Of a stretch of DNA of 64,000 bases, positions 30,613 to 40,776 are shown piece after piece. Position 1 is the stretch's first letter. Each line of letters begins with the position of its first letter. Location of the stretch: assembly GCA_963677745.1 (NCBI GenBank), contig OY782391.1, forward strand, positions 1,120,001-1,184,000, written 5' to 3'. The notes beneath the pieces were generated by a model. It worked only from the letters and a program-made list of their open reading frames with translations. It had not been told where the DNA came from and searched no databases. This DNA is from Candidatus Altimarinota bacterium (lineage in GTDB: Bacteria; Patescibacteriota; Gracilibacteria; UBA1369). The position numbers were made by a program, and so were the translations under genes.

Positions 30613-31485
30613 ATGAAGCCAATTGCCAAACTTTTTCCGGGCCAACAGACTGATGACAATTCCGGAGTCCGCAGGATCAACCGCGGAAACAAAACCATCG
30701 AAGAAACCCGGCAGGGTTATGCCGACGTCATAGAATCAATGGAACGGCATGAGTTACTGGGCCCGCTGGTTCGCGGGGGATTTCATAACGGAGTCAGGCA
30801 GGAGGGATTGTTACGCCGGCTAATTTATAAGCTAAATGCCGAGCTTTATGACCGGAGATTATTGAAAGAATCTGAATATCATAATCAGGACGCCGCACTT
30901 CGTTCTCTGGAACATATTTTTGAAACCACCATGAAGGACGTGATAGCCCTTTGGGCCAGGCTTTCCGCTCAAAAAGTTGAATGGAATGAACTTTGCGCCG
31001 TTCTGGAGGATTATTTTTATGACCTGGCCAGTCTGTTTGGAGTGGAACAGCAAATGCGCTTTTTTACACGCAACTGGTTTGATACCTATGCCCGTAATGA
31101 ACTGAATGCCAGCGCACTGGCTTCCTATCAGCAGTTGTCTTATCTTGGTGCGTCCGGCAGTGTTGAAGATCAGCAGAAAATCGCCAAGGAAATTCGGGGG
31201 AACATTACCTCAATCAATAATAAGCTCAGAAATCTTCCCATAAAACCTGAACATTACCCGGCTTTCAGCAAACTAAATCCCCAGAGCAAAGTACTGATAC
31301 AGCCCGGCAATCCCTCGTCTCCCAATCCCCATCATCTGGTGGTGAGCATGAAACACGGAAGGGGGGAAACGGCCAAAACCGAAACTTATCCTTCACCCTG
31401 GGTCGAACCGCCCTTTCTGCCCAAACCGGCCGAACAGAAAAAGTCCTGGTGGGGTAAACTTTGGGGGAAACTAACCGGTAAATAA
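30613..31485 (+). CDS. hypothetical protein with C-terminal amphipathic helix
   Basis: 290-aa ORF behind TGGTAAAAT; ends KKSWWGKLWGKLTGK. Confidence 0.8.
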   Translation: MKPIAKLFPGQQTDDNSGVRRINRGNKTIEETRQGYADVIESMERHELLGPLVRGGFHNGVRQEGLLRRLIYKLNAELYDRRLLKESEYHNQDAALRSLEHIFETTMKDVIALWARLSAQKVEWNELCAVLEDYFYDLASLFGVEQQMRFFTRNWFDTYARNELNASALASYQQLSYLGASGSVEDQQKIAKEIRGNITSINNKLRNLPIKPEHYPAFSKLNPQSKVLIQPGNPSSPNPHHLVVSMKHGRGETAKTETYPSPWVEPPFLPKPAEQKKSWWGKLWGKLTGK

Positions 31486-31497
31486 GATTAATATTGC

Positions 31498-31535
31498 AGT
31501 TCACAAAGGTAAGATTTTCTTACGTTTATTAAGTT
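31498..31535. repeat. dispersed palindrome, copy 2
   Basis: AGTTCACAAAGGTAAGA-TTT-TCTTACGTTTATTAAGTT. Confidence 0.75.
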
Positions 31536-31633
31536 TGTTTTTAGCTAAAATTATTATTAACTAAGCTTGCAAATTGCGCAGGCTTGAGGATAATTATGAA
31601 GCTTTTAAATTTCCATTTTATCCCGGATTACCA

Positions 31634-32260
31634 ATGCGCATCACCATCTTTGATACCGAAACCACCGGTCTGCCCAAAAGGGGAGCTGGATTGTCCGAAC
31701 AGCCCCATGTCATCCAGTTTGCCTCACAGACTTTTGAGTTTGATCCCGTCACCAGAAGATTTGTGGAAGTGGAACGTTGTAGCCAGTTAATTAAACCACC
31801 CGTACCTGTGCCGGAAGAAATTACCAGACTTTGCGGTATTACCGACCAGCAGGTCACCAATTCACCGGCCTTTGCCGAATTTGCCGACCGGATTGTGGAT
31901 ATTTTTGCCAGATCCGACCTCGCTGTTGCCCATAACCTCAGTTTCGACCGGGAAATTCTGGAATATGAATTTTCCAGAATCGGCAGAAGCAGGGACTTCC
32001 TGCCTGCCAATACTTATGACAGTCTGGAAGGGACCAGAAATCTCTGCAAATTGCCCGGAAAAAACGGCAACTATAAAGCGCCGCGACTGATGGAATTACA
32101 CCAGTTTCTGCTTAATGAAAGTTTTCAGGAGGCTCATAATGCCGAAAAAGACGTGGAGGCCCTCTCCCGCTGCGTCAAGGTGTTACTGCAACAGGGATTA
32201 TATCAACCGGTGCTGCAACAAAAGCAGGAGAGTTCCAGCGAACAGACGGCACTTTTTTGA
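31634..32260 (+). CDS. DEDDh 3'-5' exonuclease (DnaQ-like)
   Basis: IFDTETTG, VAHNLSFD, AHNAEKDV. Confidence 0.93.
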   Translation: MRITIFDTETTGLPKRGAGLSEQPHVIQFASQTFEFDPVTRRFVEVERCSQLIKPPVPVPEEITRLCGITDQQVTNSPAFAEFADRIVDIFARSDLAVAHNLSFDREILEYEFSRIGRSRDFLPANTYDSLEGTRNLCKLPGKNGNYKAPRLMELHQFLLNESFQEAHNAEKDVEALSRCVKVLLQQGLYQPVLQQKQESSSEQTALF

Positions 32261-32392
32261 CATCGGTCCGGGCGGGAAGTTGCATAATTAGAAAATTATC
32301 TCTATTTAATACAACCCGAATTTGCGGCTTTAGAGTAATCCGCAGGGTTGACTTAGGTTATATTAGGCGCAAAGCCAATAACCAATTTAAGC

Positions 32393-35086
32393 ATGCAAAA
32401 ATCTTTTTCCATGGTAGCCAGGCTGCTCCTGATGGGGTATTTGATCGGGATTATTCCCGCTGCCGCCATCGCCCAGCAGGCCACCATTTTTTCCGATGTC
32501 ACCACGGACACACAGTACTCCGAGGCCATCAAATATCTGAAGGACAATAATGTCGTTCAGGGCTATCCGGATGGCACCTTTGCACCGGCTACCAATATCA
32601 ACCGCGCTGAGTTTACCAAGATTCTGGTGGGTGCGGTGGCGGGCAGCGACGTAAGCGGCTCCAACTGCTTCCCCGATGTCAAAGACGAATGGTTTGCTCC
32701 CTATGTCTGTACCGCCAAGAAATTGAATCTGGTGGACGGCTATCCCGACGGGACTTTCAAACCGGCCGAACCGATCAATTTTGCCGAGGCTGCCAAGATC
32801 ATCGCCAATGCTTTCCGGATTCAGCTGGGTGCTGACGATCCTTCTGCCTGGTTCAAGAAATACATAACCGCCCTGCAGATTGAAAAAGCTATCCCGCTTT
32901 CCGTCGAATATTTTGACGAAAAAATCACCCGCGACGAGATGTCCGAAATTATCTGGCGTATCAAGGCCGATAAACAGGATCTTACCAGCCGCACTTATCA
33001 GGAATTAAGCGGCGAGGGACTGGTGACAGTCGGATCCTGCCGCGAACTGGAAGACCGCATGAAAAGTGTCATGACATCCCCCTATCCAATTTTATATGAC
33101 GCGATTCCCCTGGACGGAATGGGAGCCGTAGAAGAAGCGGTACCGGCTGCCGCGCCATCTACCAGTGATTCGAAATCTTCTTCTTATACCGGCGCGGGAG
33201 CATCCGCCGATTATTCAACCACCAATATCCAGGAGGCTGGAGTTGATGAAGCCGATGTTATCAAAAACGACGGCAAATATATTTATCTGATCAAGGGCAA
33301 TACCATCCGTATAGTAAACGCCTATCCGGCTTCCGAAATGAAAGAACTGATCAGTTTTCAATTGGGGCCCCAGGATGAATATTTCTATCCCAATGAGATG
33401 TATGTGAACGGCGATACTCTGATCGCCATGGGATCGGCCAGTATCAGCTACCCGATGCCGCTTGCCGATACGACGGTCTCCTCCGATACCGTCACCAGCG
33501 ATTACAAGATGATGCCTCCTTATTATGGCGGTTCCAAATCCAAGGTCTATATCGTCAACATTGCCGACCGGATGAAACCAAAAGTGATCAGGACTATCGA
33601 TATTGACGGCAGTTACAACACTTCCCGCCGTATTGGTGACACTCTTTATCTGGTATTGAATCAATACCCTTATTTCCCTTACTGGAAAGGCAATCAGGAA
33701 ATCGCCAATTTTGCCGATTATCTGCCCAAGATGTCCGATTCCAAGGATGATAAGGTTGTACCGGTGTCCAGTTGCGATCAAATCCGACTGATGCCGAAAC
33801 CGAAGAGTTTCAACTTCTTGATTACTGCAGCTATTCCCCTTAATGATCTGAGCAAACCGGTTTCCCGCAGTGTGATCGTCGGCAGCAGCGACAACGTCTA
33901 TTCCTCAACCAGCAATTTGTATGTTGCCTCCACCGACTGGTCGGGTCCCTACTATTACAACAACAACCCTTCCACCAAGATCTACCGATTCGCTTTGTCT
34001 GCAGGCAAACTGGAATATAAGGCCGAGGGAGTGGTCCCCGGCACTGTTCTCAACCAGTTTTCCATGGATGAGCATCGCAGTAATTTCCGCATCGCCACTA
34101 CTGAAACCAGTTATGTGATGGGAGACAGCCGCACCACCAACAATCTCTTTATCCTGGGCCCGGACATGAAAATGCTGGGGAAACTGCAGGATATTGCACC
34201 GGGAGAAAAGATCTTTTCGGTACGTTTGCTGGGAGACCGCGGCTATATGGTTACCTTCAAATATGTTGATCCGCTTTTCGCCCTGGATTTGAGCAATCCT
34301 GCCAGTCCCAAGGTTCTGGGAAAACTAAAAATACCCGGCTACAGTGATTATCTGCATCCTTATGATGAAAACCATCTGATCGGTTTCGGCAAAGATGTTG
34401 ATCCGGCCGAAATAGCCAAAGACCAGGATTTCATTTATTACACGGCGGTCAGGGGTTTCAAGATGGGTTTGTTTGACGTGACTGATGCCACCAATCCCAA
34501 AGAAATGTACAGTGAAGTGATCGGGGATCAGGGGACTTATTCCGAACTTCTGTACAATCATAAAGCCCTGCTGTTCGACAAGGAAAAGAATCTGATTGCT
34601 TTCCCCATTACTGTCACCCAGATGCCGGCCGATCAACCGCAGATCTGCAAGAACTTCACCTATTCCACCTGTCCCGACAGTTGCAACAAGATTTGCCAAT
34701 CCAAATGTACCTATGAGAACGGCATAACTATTTGCGACCAGAGCTGTGACGGCGCGAACAGCTGCCAGGAGTCAAACTATGTTTATCCCAAGACGGTTTT
34801 CGATGGAGCTTATGTCTATGGATTGGATCTGGCCACCGGCTTCAAACTCAAAGGCAAAATCACCCATCTGACCACTCAGGAACAGGCCGAATTACTGGCC
34901 AACGGTTATGGCAATTGGGAAAAAACCATCCAGAGAATTATCTATATCGGCGACACGCTCTATACCGTATCCCAGGGCGCGGTCAAAGCCAACAGTCTGG
35001 CCGACTCGCTGAGGGAACTGAAGATGATCGAATTGGCCGGAACTATCTGGAATATCTCCTATGGTGTCGAGCCGATGGTTAAATAA
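32393..35086 (+). CDS. secreted protein with SLH domains and C-terminal beta-propeller
   Basis: Signal peptide; SLH motif GYPDGTF.P...INRAE; YSTTNIQEAGVDEADVIKNDG, NQFSMDE, LKIPGYSDYLHP. Confidence 0.9.
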   Translation: MQKSFSMVARLLLMGYLIGIIPAAAIAQQATIFSDVTTDTQYSEAIKYLKDNNVVQGYPDGTFAPATNINRAEFTKILVGAVAGSDVSGSNCFPDVKDEWFAPYVCTAKKLNLVDGYPDGTFKPAEPINFAEAAKIIANAFRIQLGADDPSAWFKKYITALQIEKAIPLSVEYFDEKITRDEMSEIIWRIKADKQDLTSRTYQELSGEGLVTVGSCRELEDRMKSVMTSPYPILYDAIPLDGMGAVEEAVPAAAPSTSDSKSSSYTGAGASADYSTTNIQEAGVDEADVIKNDGKYIYLIKGNTIRIVNAYPASEMKELISFQLGPQDEYFYPNEMYVNGDTLIAMGSASISYPMPLADTTVSSDTVTSDYKMMPPYYGGSKSKVYIVNIADRMKPKVIRTIDIDGSYNTSRRIGDTLYLVLNQYPYFPYWKGNQEIANFADYLPKMSDSKDDKVVPVSSCDQIRLMPKPKSFNFLITAAIPLNDLSKPVSRSVIVGSSDNVYSSTSNLYVASTDWSGPYYYNNNPSTKIYRFALSAGKLEYKAEGVVPGTVLNQFSMDEHRSNFRIATTETSYVMGDSRTTNNLFILGPDMKMLGKLQDIAPGEKIFSVRLLGDRGYMVTFKYVDPLFALDLSNPASPKVLGKLKIPGYSDYLHPYDENHLIGFGKDVDPAEIAKDQDFIYYTAVRGFKMGLFDVTDATNPKEMYSEVIGDQGTYSELLYNHKALLFDKEKNLIAFPITVTQMPADQPQICKNFTYSTCPDSCNKICQSKCTYENGITICDQSCDGANSCQESNYVYPKTVFDGAYVYGLDLATGFKLKGKITHLTTQEQAELLANGYGNWEKTIQRIIYIGDTLYTVSQGAVKANSLADSLRELKMIELAGTIWNISYGVEPMVK

Positions 35087-35147
35087 TAAGCGCACTAGAA
35101 CGGAAATCGAAGACAAAAAAAATCGTGAAATAATGTGAAAATTCCCT

Positions 35148-35176
35148 AAGAGCCCCGCGCAGCGGGGCTCTTTTTT
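35148..35176 (+). terminator. intrinsic terminator
   Basis: AAGAGCCCCGC-GCA-GCGGGGCTCTTTTTT. Confidence 0.88.
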
Positions 35177-35525
35177 ATTTCTTGGGCGAGGTCCGTTTTT
35201 CCAGTGATTGCATCTCCAGCGTCAGAATCAGACTCAGGGCGCCTCTGATGGCGATCAGTGCGGCCAGTTTGCCCAGTGACTCCCAGGTGGAATGTTCAAA
35301 AACCGTCAGGATGTCCACGGCGATAAAAAACTCCATTCCCATGATCAGTTTGGAGGCGAAGCTTTTGCGGTTTTGTTTCTCCACTTCCAGGTCATTTTTT
35401 CCGCTCAAATCTCCCAGCAGCACGCGGAATGCCGCTTCCAGGCCTCCCCATAATACGAACACTATTCCGCAGATATTAAGTGCAAAATTGACCGTGTTTA
35501 CTATTGTCGACAGAATCTGATCCAT
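35175..35525 (-). CDS. DUF1622-family membrane protein
   Basis: GMEFFIAVDIL and LAALIAIR motifs. Confidence 0.85.
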   Translation of the reverse strand: MDQILSTIVNTVNFALNICGIVFVLWGGLEAAFRVLLGDLSGKNDLEVEKQNRKSFASKLIMGMEFFIAVDILTVFEHSTWESLGKLAALIAIRGALSLILTLEMQSLEKRTSPKK

Positions 35526-35616
35526 TTTTGAGCCGGTTACCGAAATTAAGCTATCCCATTATTTTAGCATTTATTTCGGTAAATTTCATGTTAAATTAAA
35601 GAAAAAGAATTAAATT

Positions 35617-36720
35617 ATGCTTAGAGCAATACTGGTTGACTGCTTGCCGCTGGACATTGGGCGTGAAGATGCCGAGTTTCGCATGCAGGAAGCCGAAAGC
35701 CTGATCAAAACTTATGGCGGGGTGGTGCTACTGAAGTCCTATCAGAAAAAACTTAACCCGGTTTACAAGACCTACCTGGGTACGGGTAAGTTGGAGGAAT
35801 TGATGGAGGAGGGACGGCGTCTTGGAGCCAATATATTTATCATTAATAATGAACTCAAACCGCTCCAGACCTATAACCTGAGTGAGATTCTGAGGAAGGT
35901 TAACATTCAGGTCTGGGATAGAATTGATCTGATCCTGAAAATATTCCAGAAACACGCTCAGACCAAGGAAGCTCAGCTGGAAATTGAGCTGGCCAGTTTC
36001 CGCCATATGGGGCCGCGCATTTACGGAATGGGAATGATACTTTCCAGACAGGGAGGGGGCATCGGCGGCCGGGGAATCGGTGAAACCAATACCGAGATCA
36101 TGAAACGGCATATTGCCGCCAACATCCGGAAAATTGAGCAGGATCTGGAAAAAGCCCGCTCCAACCGCGAACTGCACCGCGCCGGCCGCCGCCGAAAAAA
36201 CTTTTTTTCCGTGGGTATAGTCGGATATACCAATGTCGGCAAATCCAGCCTCCTTAACGCCCTTACCCACAAGGGCGCTTACGCCGCTGACGAACTGTTT
36301 GCCACGTTGGATACCCGCGTAGCAAAACTCCACCTGCCCGACGACTGCCGCGAGGTGTTGCTCACCGACACAATCGGTTTTATCCAGGATTTACCGCCCG
36401 ACCTGATTAAATCATTCCAGTCCACCCTGGACGAAACCATCGAATCCGATCTGCTATTGCATGTGATTGATTTGAGCGATCCCCGCTGGGAATACAAAAT
36501 CTCGGTGGTCAACGAAGTACTAGGTAATCTGGATGCCATCCACAAGCCGATAATTTATGTATTTAATAAAATCGATCTGCTGCCGCCCGGTTATGATTAC
36601 GAGGTCGTGAAAAAACAGTTTGAACGTTTTCATCCCTGTTTTACTTCTTCCCTGAAACGCACCGGCCTGCCCGAATTGTTGGAAACCATCAAAGCCCACC
36701 TTCCCCAATGGCAATCCTGA
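35617..36720 (+). CDS. hflX: GTPase HflX
   Basis: DRIDLILKIF, GYTNVGKSS, LFATLD, DTIGF, NKID. Confidence 0.96.
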   Translation: MLRAILVDCLPLDIGREDAEFRMQEAESLIKTYGGVVLLKSYQKKLNPVYKTYLGTGKLEELMEEGRRLGANIFIINNELKPLQTYNLSEILRKVNIQVWDRIDLILKIFQKHAQTKEAQLEIELASFRHMGPRIYGMGMILSRQGGGIGGRGIGETNTEIMKRHIAANIRKIEQDLEKARSNRELHRAGRRRKNFFSVGIVGYTNVGKSSLLNALTHKGAYAADELFATLDTRVAKLHLPDDCREVLLTDTIGFIQDLPPDLIKSFQSTLDETIESDLLLHVIDLSDPRWEYKISVVNEVLGNLDAIHKPIIYVFNKIDLLPPGYDYEVVKKQFERFHPCFTSSLKRTGLPELLETIKAHLPQWQS

Positions 36721-36750
36721 CTCCTGCCTGGTTCTTTTTGGGGACCGGCG

Positions 36751-36789
36751 AAGTTCGCAAAGGTAAGAAAATCTTACGTTTGTTAACTT
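36751..36789. repeat. dispersed palindrome, copy 3
   Basis: AAGTTCGCAAAGGTAAGA-AAA-TCTTACGTTTGTTAACTT. Confidence 0.75.
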
Positions 36790-36928
36790 AACCAGCCGCT
36801 AATGTATGACCGGCGGACATTGTAGAAGTACAAAAAAAAATAAATAAAATAAATTGTACTTTTACGGACAGCGATATTGCCATGGATTCCCCATCGCCAG
36901 ATCTCCCACAGTGTTATATCTTCCCCGA

Positions 36929-38062
36929 TCAGTCCGTTAAAACTTCAAAAGTCTGTTCGGCGGCTTTTTCCCAGCTGAATTTAGCCAGCTGCCGGTCGCC
37001 TTCCGCGATCAGCCGGGAGATCAGCACACCGTCCGCCACCAGACGTTTCAGTCCAACGCTGATTTCCTCAACTTTCTCCGGATCAACCAGAAAGGCCGCT
37101 TTCCCGGCCACTTCGGGCATGGAGCTGACTTTGGAGGTCAGAACAGGGCGGCGGTAGGCAAAAGCCTCCAGAATGGGCAGTCCGAATCCTTCGTATTTGG
37201 AAGGAAAAGCAAACAGTCGGCATTTGGTGAGCAGATATCTTTTCTCCGTTTCGCTGATATATCCGGTGACGATGACATCGTTTTCCAGTCCGAGTTCCAG
37301 AATTTTTTCTTCAATTTCCTCATAGCCCATTCCCTCCTTGCCGGCCAGTACCAGTTTCCAATCCGGATATTCGTTCAGCAGGCGTGAAAAAGCCTCCACC
37401 AGCCGTACCAGGTTTTTTTTGAATTCGACCCGTCCGACATAGAGCATCACCAGGTCTTTTTCCGAAATTCCCAGCCGTCCCAGGATCTGCTCTTTTTCCT
37501 GATCGGACCATTTTTTGAGCAGGGGATTATTTACTCCTGTGATGTCTGGTCCGCCATGATAAATCACGCTGACCTTGGCCGGATCACAATTGTAAAACTT
37601 CACCAGATCGTTTTTGGTGGCTTCACTGGGGACGATTATCTTATAAGCTTTGCGTACCGCCCTTCTGGTACTCCATTCCAGCAGAAATTTGTTTTTTAAA
37701 TCATAGGCTTTTTCAAATCCCGGTACCTTGAAGGCAATATCATGCACGGTTACGACGGTTTTCTTGGGCAGCCACAGCGGCAAAATGTGTGAAGGCACAA
37801 ACAGCAGATCGACCGGATGGGTGAAAAGTTCCCAGGACAGCCGGAGCATTGTCCACAGCCGACGTCCCCGCACCACTCTTTGTTTAACATTAAAAGGCAA
37901 TTCCTCGTCGAACTGTTGTTCGGTCTGGGTATACAGGCTTACTTCCAGATGGTGGTCACGGCCCAGGATGGGAATCAGACTGTTGAGCAGATGATAGGAA
38001 TACCATTCCACGCCGGTGGGTTCATTGATTTTATATCTGGATGCGTCGATGCCGATCTTCAT
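36929..38062 (-). CDS. glycosyltransferase family 4
   Basis: MKIGIDAS, TGVEWY, YEGFGLPILEA, FSWEKAA. Confidence 0.93.
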   Translation of the reverse strand: MKIGIDASRYKINEPTGVEWYSYHLLNSLIPILGRDHHLEVSLYTQTEQQFDEELPFNVKQRVVRGRRLWTMLRLSWELFTHPVDLLFVPSHILPLWLPKKTVVTVHDIAFKVPGFEKAYDLKNKFLLEWSTRRAVRKAYKIIVPSEATKNDLVKFYNCDPAKVSVIYHGGPDITGVNNPLLKKWSDQEKEQILGRLGISEKDLVMLYVGRVEFKKNLVRLVEAFSRLLNEYPDWKLVLAGKEGMGYEEIEEKILELGLENDVIVTGYISETEKRYLLTKCRLFAFPSKYEGFGLPILEAFAYRRPVLTSKVSSMPEVAGKAAFLVDPEKVEEISVGLKRLVADGVLISRLIAEGDRQLAKFSWEKAAEQTFEVLTD

Positions 38063-38138
38063 CGGGAAGTGGAGGTAAATAAAGCGGGTAAAGCCGACAG
38101 GATATGACAGGATAGAGGTCCGATCATAGACTAAACTA

Positions 38139-38831
38139 CTACATTTGTCTAGCCAGCACCAGGCCGTAAACTACGGCCGCGCCGGCCTGCCTCAAAGTTT
38201 CCGCGATTTCCTCCAGTGTGGCCAGCGTGGTGGCCACATCGTCCACCACCAGTATCCGCTTGCCCGCCAGCGGCGCGGCCGACACCGCAAAAGCCCCTTT
38301 GAGGTTTTCCAGCCTTTGCCGCCTGTCCAGCTCCATTTGCGGGCGGCTCTCCCGGACTTTGATCAACATCTCCTGCCGGGGCAGATTAACGTCCAGTCCT
38401 TTGGCCAGCCGCTCGGTTTGATTAAAGCCCCTCAGCCGCAATTTTTTGCGGCTGAGGGGTGTCCAGGTGATCAGATCAAAATGGTCCTCCATAAACGTCT
38501 TAAAATCACTTTGAACCCGGCAGTTCAGCAGTTTGGCCAGTTCCGCCCCGTAATCCGTCATTCCACCGTATTTATATAAATGTAGCATTTTGGCCAGCAT
38601 CCCATCCTTACTGTAATTAAAAGCCACCGCCACCCCCCGCAACGCCGATTCCCAGCAGAAGGGACAGACCAGTCCCCATTCGCTGTCCCTGCGGCAGCGC
38701 GGGCACAGCTGCTTTTCGGGTGCCACGATCTGCTGCCGGCAGGCTTCACAAAGCAACAAATCATCCTGGCCGCACCCGGCACAGGTGATAGGGAACAGCC
38801 AGTCCAATATTTTTTTAAAAAATTTCAGCAT
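38139..38831 (-). CDS. comF: ComF family protein (double zinc ribbon plus PRTase)
   Basis: FPITCAGC..LCEAC..CPRC..CPFC, RGFNQ, LVVDDVATTLATL. Confidence 0.92.
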   Translation of the reverse strand: MLKFFKKILDWLFPITCAGCGQDDLLLCEACRQQIVAPEKQLCPRCRRDSEWGLVCPFCWESALRGVAVAFNYSKDGMLAKMLHLYKYGGMTDYGAELAKLLNCRVQSDFKTFMEDHFDLITWTPLSRKKLRLRGFNQTERLAKGLDVNLPRQEMLIKVRESRPQMELDRRQRLENLKGAFAVSAAPLAGKRILVVDDVATTLATLEEIAETLRQAGAAVVYGLVLARQM

Positions 38832-38933
38832 TGCTTCCAAAAAAACAAAATTTGAGTTGCAATTAACATCATAAAGCAGCAAAATAAACTAGAAATAAAT
38901 TTTGCCTAAAAATGTAAAAGTTCCAGTTTGTCT

Positions 38934-39551
38934 ATGCTCAAACCAAAATCCCAATTGAAGGTCCGGACTGCAGTCAGTCTGAGCAAAACCCGCCCACTCA
39001 AAGCAAAGAAAATTCAGCGTCTGCAGAAAGATCTGGAGCGGATTGAGAAAACCCGGAAGTCCGCGCCGCCCGCCCCCACCGGCAGAACCAAGCCCCAATC
39101 CCAGGTAGAATTACAGAATAAACTGGATCTCTGGCTGATTCCCGCCCGCGTGGCCTACTTTTTGAGCGGCCTGTATTTCCTCAGCTTTGCCGTGGTTTCC
39201 TTCATTGGAATTTTCAGTAACTTCAGCGTGATTAAACCTTTTTTTACGCTGCCTTTCGACACCAGTTTTTCCTCCTTTTTTCTGCTGGAAATCGCTGCAG
39301 TATTTTCCTTTCTGGTCAGTCTGATCTTTATTCATGCCTCCCGCTCGCCCCGGCAATATCGCTGGTTTTATTTCACCATGATTCTGGTCTATTTCCCCTA
39401 TCACTTTTTTTCCAATTTCCAGAAGATGCAGATAGAACTGTCTCAGGACTTTCTAAATTATCTTTATTTTGATACCATCATCATGGCCGTTTTCTGGATT
39501 TGTTTTTTGGCCAGTCTTTATTCCTACCTCAAGCAAAAACCTCAACCATAA
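38934..39551 (+). CDS. membrane protein, about 4 TM, basic N-terminus
   Basis: Hydrophobic segments; ATG at 38934. Confidence 0.75.
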   Translation: MLKPKSQLKVRTAVSLSKTRPLKAKKIQRLQKDLERIEKTRKSAPPAPTGRTKPQSQVELQNKLDLWLIPARVAYFLSGLYFLSFAVVSFIGIFSNFSVIKPFFTLPFDTSFSSFFLLEIAAVFSFLVSLIFIHASRSPRQYRWFYFTMILVYFPYHFFSNFQKMQIELSQDFLNYLYFDTIIMAVFWICFLASLYSYLKQKPQP

Positions 39552-39563
39552 ACTCTCACTACT

Positions 39564-40043
39564 ATGCAAGACCAATCCACTCCCCAACAGCCACCGATGG
39601 ATAACGGCGCAATGCCCGCCCCCGGAGGAATGAAACCCCCCGCACCACAGCCCGAGGACACCACCCCCGCCAATTTTCAGTTGGGAGCCCTGCTGCCGGC
39701 TGAGCTCACGGTCAAAGTACCCGCCCACAGTCTGACTTTTGACGAAGGGCACTTCCTGCGTTTGCTGGCCGGATCCATTTCGCTCAGCCGCGACGAAAAG
39801 AAACGCATTATCGACACTATTCCCAAGCTCAAGCAGAGCCAGGTGGACGAACTGGTACGCATCTTCGAGGAGGAAAAATTCAAATTCTCCCAGCTATCCA
39901 AAAAGCATGTTCCCCAGCTGGAAAAACTGGCCAAGCAGCATTATCAGGACTGGATGGATTTGGAAACCGCCTATCACGCCGATCAGAAGAAGGCCACCGA
40001 CCAGGCCGCCGCCGACGACATTCGCAAATCCCTGGGGCTGTAA
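39564..40043 (+). CDS. hypothetical protein (paralog of 15873..16505)
   Basis: Pro-rich N-terminus plus shared helical motif. Confidence 0.85.
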   Translation: MQDQSTPQQPPMDNGAMPAPGGMKPPAPQPEDTTPANFQLGALLPAELTVKVPAHSLTFDEGHFLRLLAGSISLSRDEKKRIIDTIPKLKQSQVDELVRIFEEEKFKFSQLSKKHVPQLEKLAKQHYQDWMDLETAYHADQKKATDQAAADDIRKSLGL

Positions 40044-40103
40044 ATAGTCGCAGCCACAAAGTTTCAATAATCAACAATTAAATAAAAACCTAATCCAACT
40101 ACC

Positions 40104-40769
40104 ATGAACAGAAAAACAATTTTTACCCTCTCTGCTATCCTGCTCACCGCTGCCATTCTGACCGGCTGTCAGGAGGAAACTCCCATTCAACAGGGTATTC
40201 CTCAAACCAATTCAGGAAAGAATATAAACAGTATTAAAGAGCCTGTTGATAAAAATCAAAACGCGACCCAGTCTTTAGTAACACCTTCCACACCGGCCAG
40301 CGAAGCAGACAAAGCAGCCTTTGAGGGGGCCCTGCAATTAAAAGACAAGTTATTTTGTGAGAAAATCATTGATGCAAAATACAAAGCATATTGTCTCAAA
40401 ACAGTAAATAGTTCTATTGCCAATTCAAATGCCCAAATTACTGATAATTCAACTGACTGTGATAAGTTAAGTACGGCAGATCTTCAAAGTGCCTGTAAAA
40501 TTAATCTGGAGGTACAGAAAGCCAGGGAGCAAAAAGAACTGGAAATACAAAAGGCCAATGAAGACAGATCAGCACTATTAACAGAAATTATTGCTTCAGG
40601 GAGTGTACAGGAATGTTCAAAGTTGGATACCGAAGGTTCCAAAGCCAGCTGTGAAACAACGATTCTCAGTAATAAAGCCATAATGGCCAAAGATTCTGCA
40701 ATTTGTAGCCAGGCTTCTTCTGAAAAACTCAAAAACGCCTGTCTTGAGGCGTTTGAGTTGTCGTCCTGA
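40104..40769 (+). CDS. lipoprotein with Cys-pair repeats
   Basis: Lipobox LTGC; four C-x9/10-C repeats. Confidence 0.85.
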   Translation: MNRKTIFTLSAILLTAAILTGCQEETPIQQGIPQTNSGKNINSIKEPVDKNQNATQSLVTPSTPASEADKAAFEGALQLKDKLFCEKIIDAKYKAYCLKTVNSSIANSNAQITDNSTDCDKLSTADLQSACKINLEVQKAREQKELEIQKANEDRSALLTEIIASGSVQECSKLDTEGSKASCETTILSNKAIMAKDSAICSQASSEKLKNACLEAFELSS

Positions 40770-40776
40770 TAATTAT

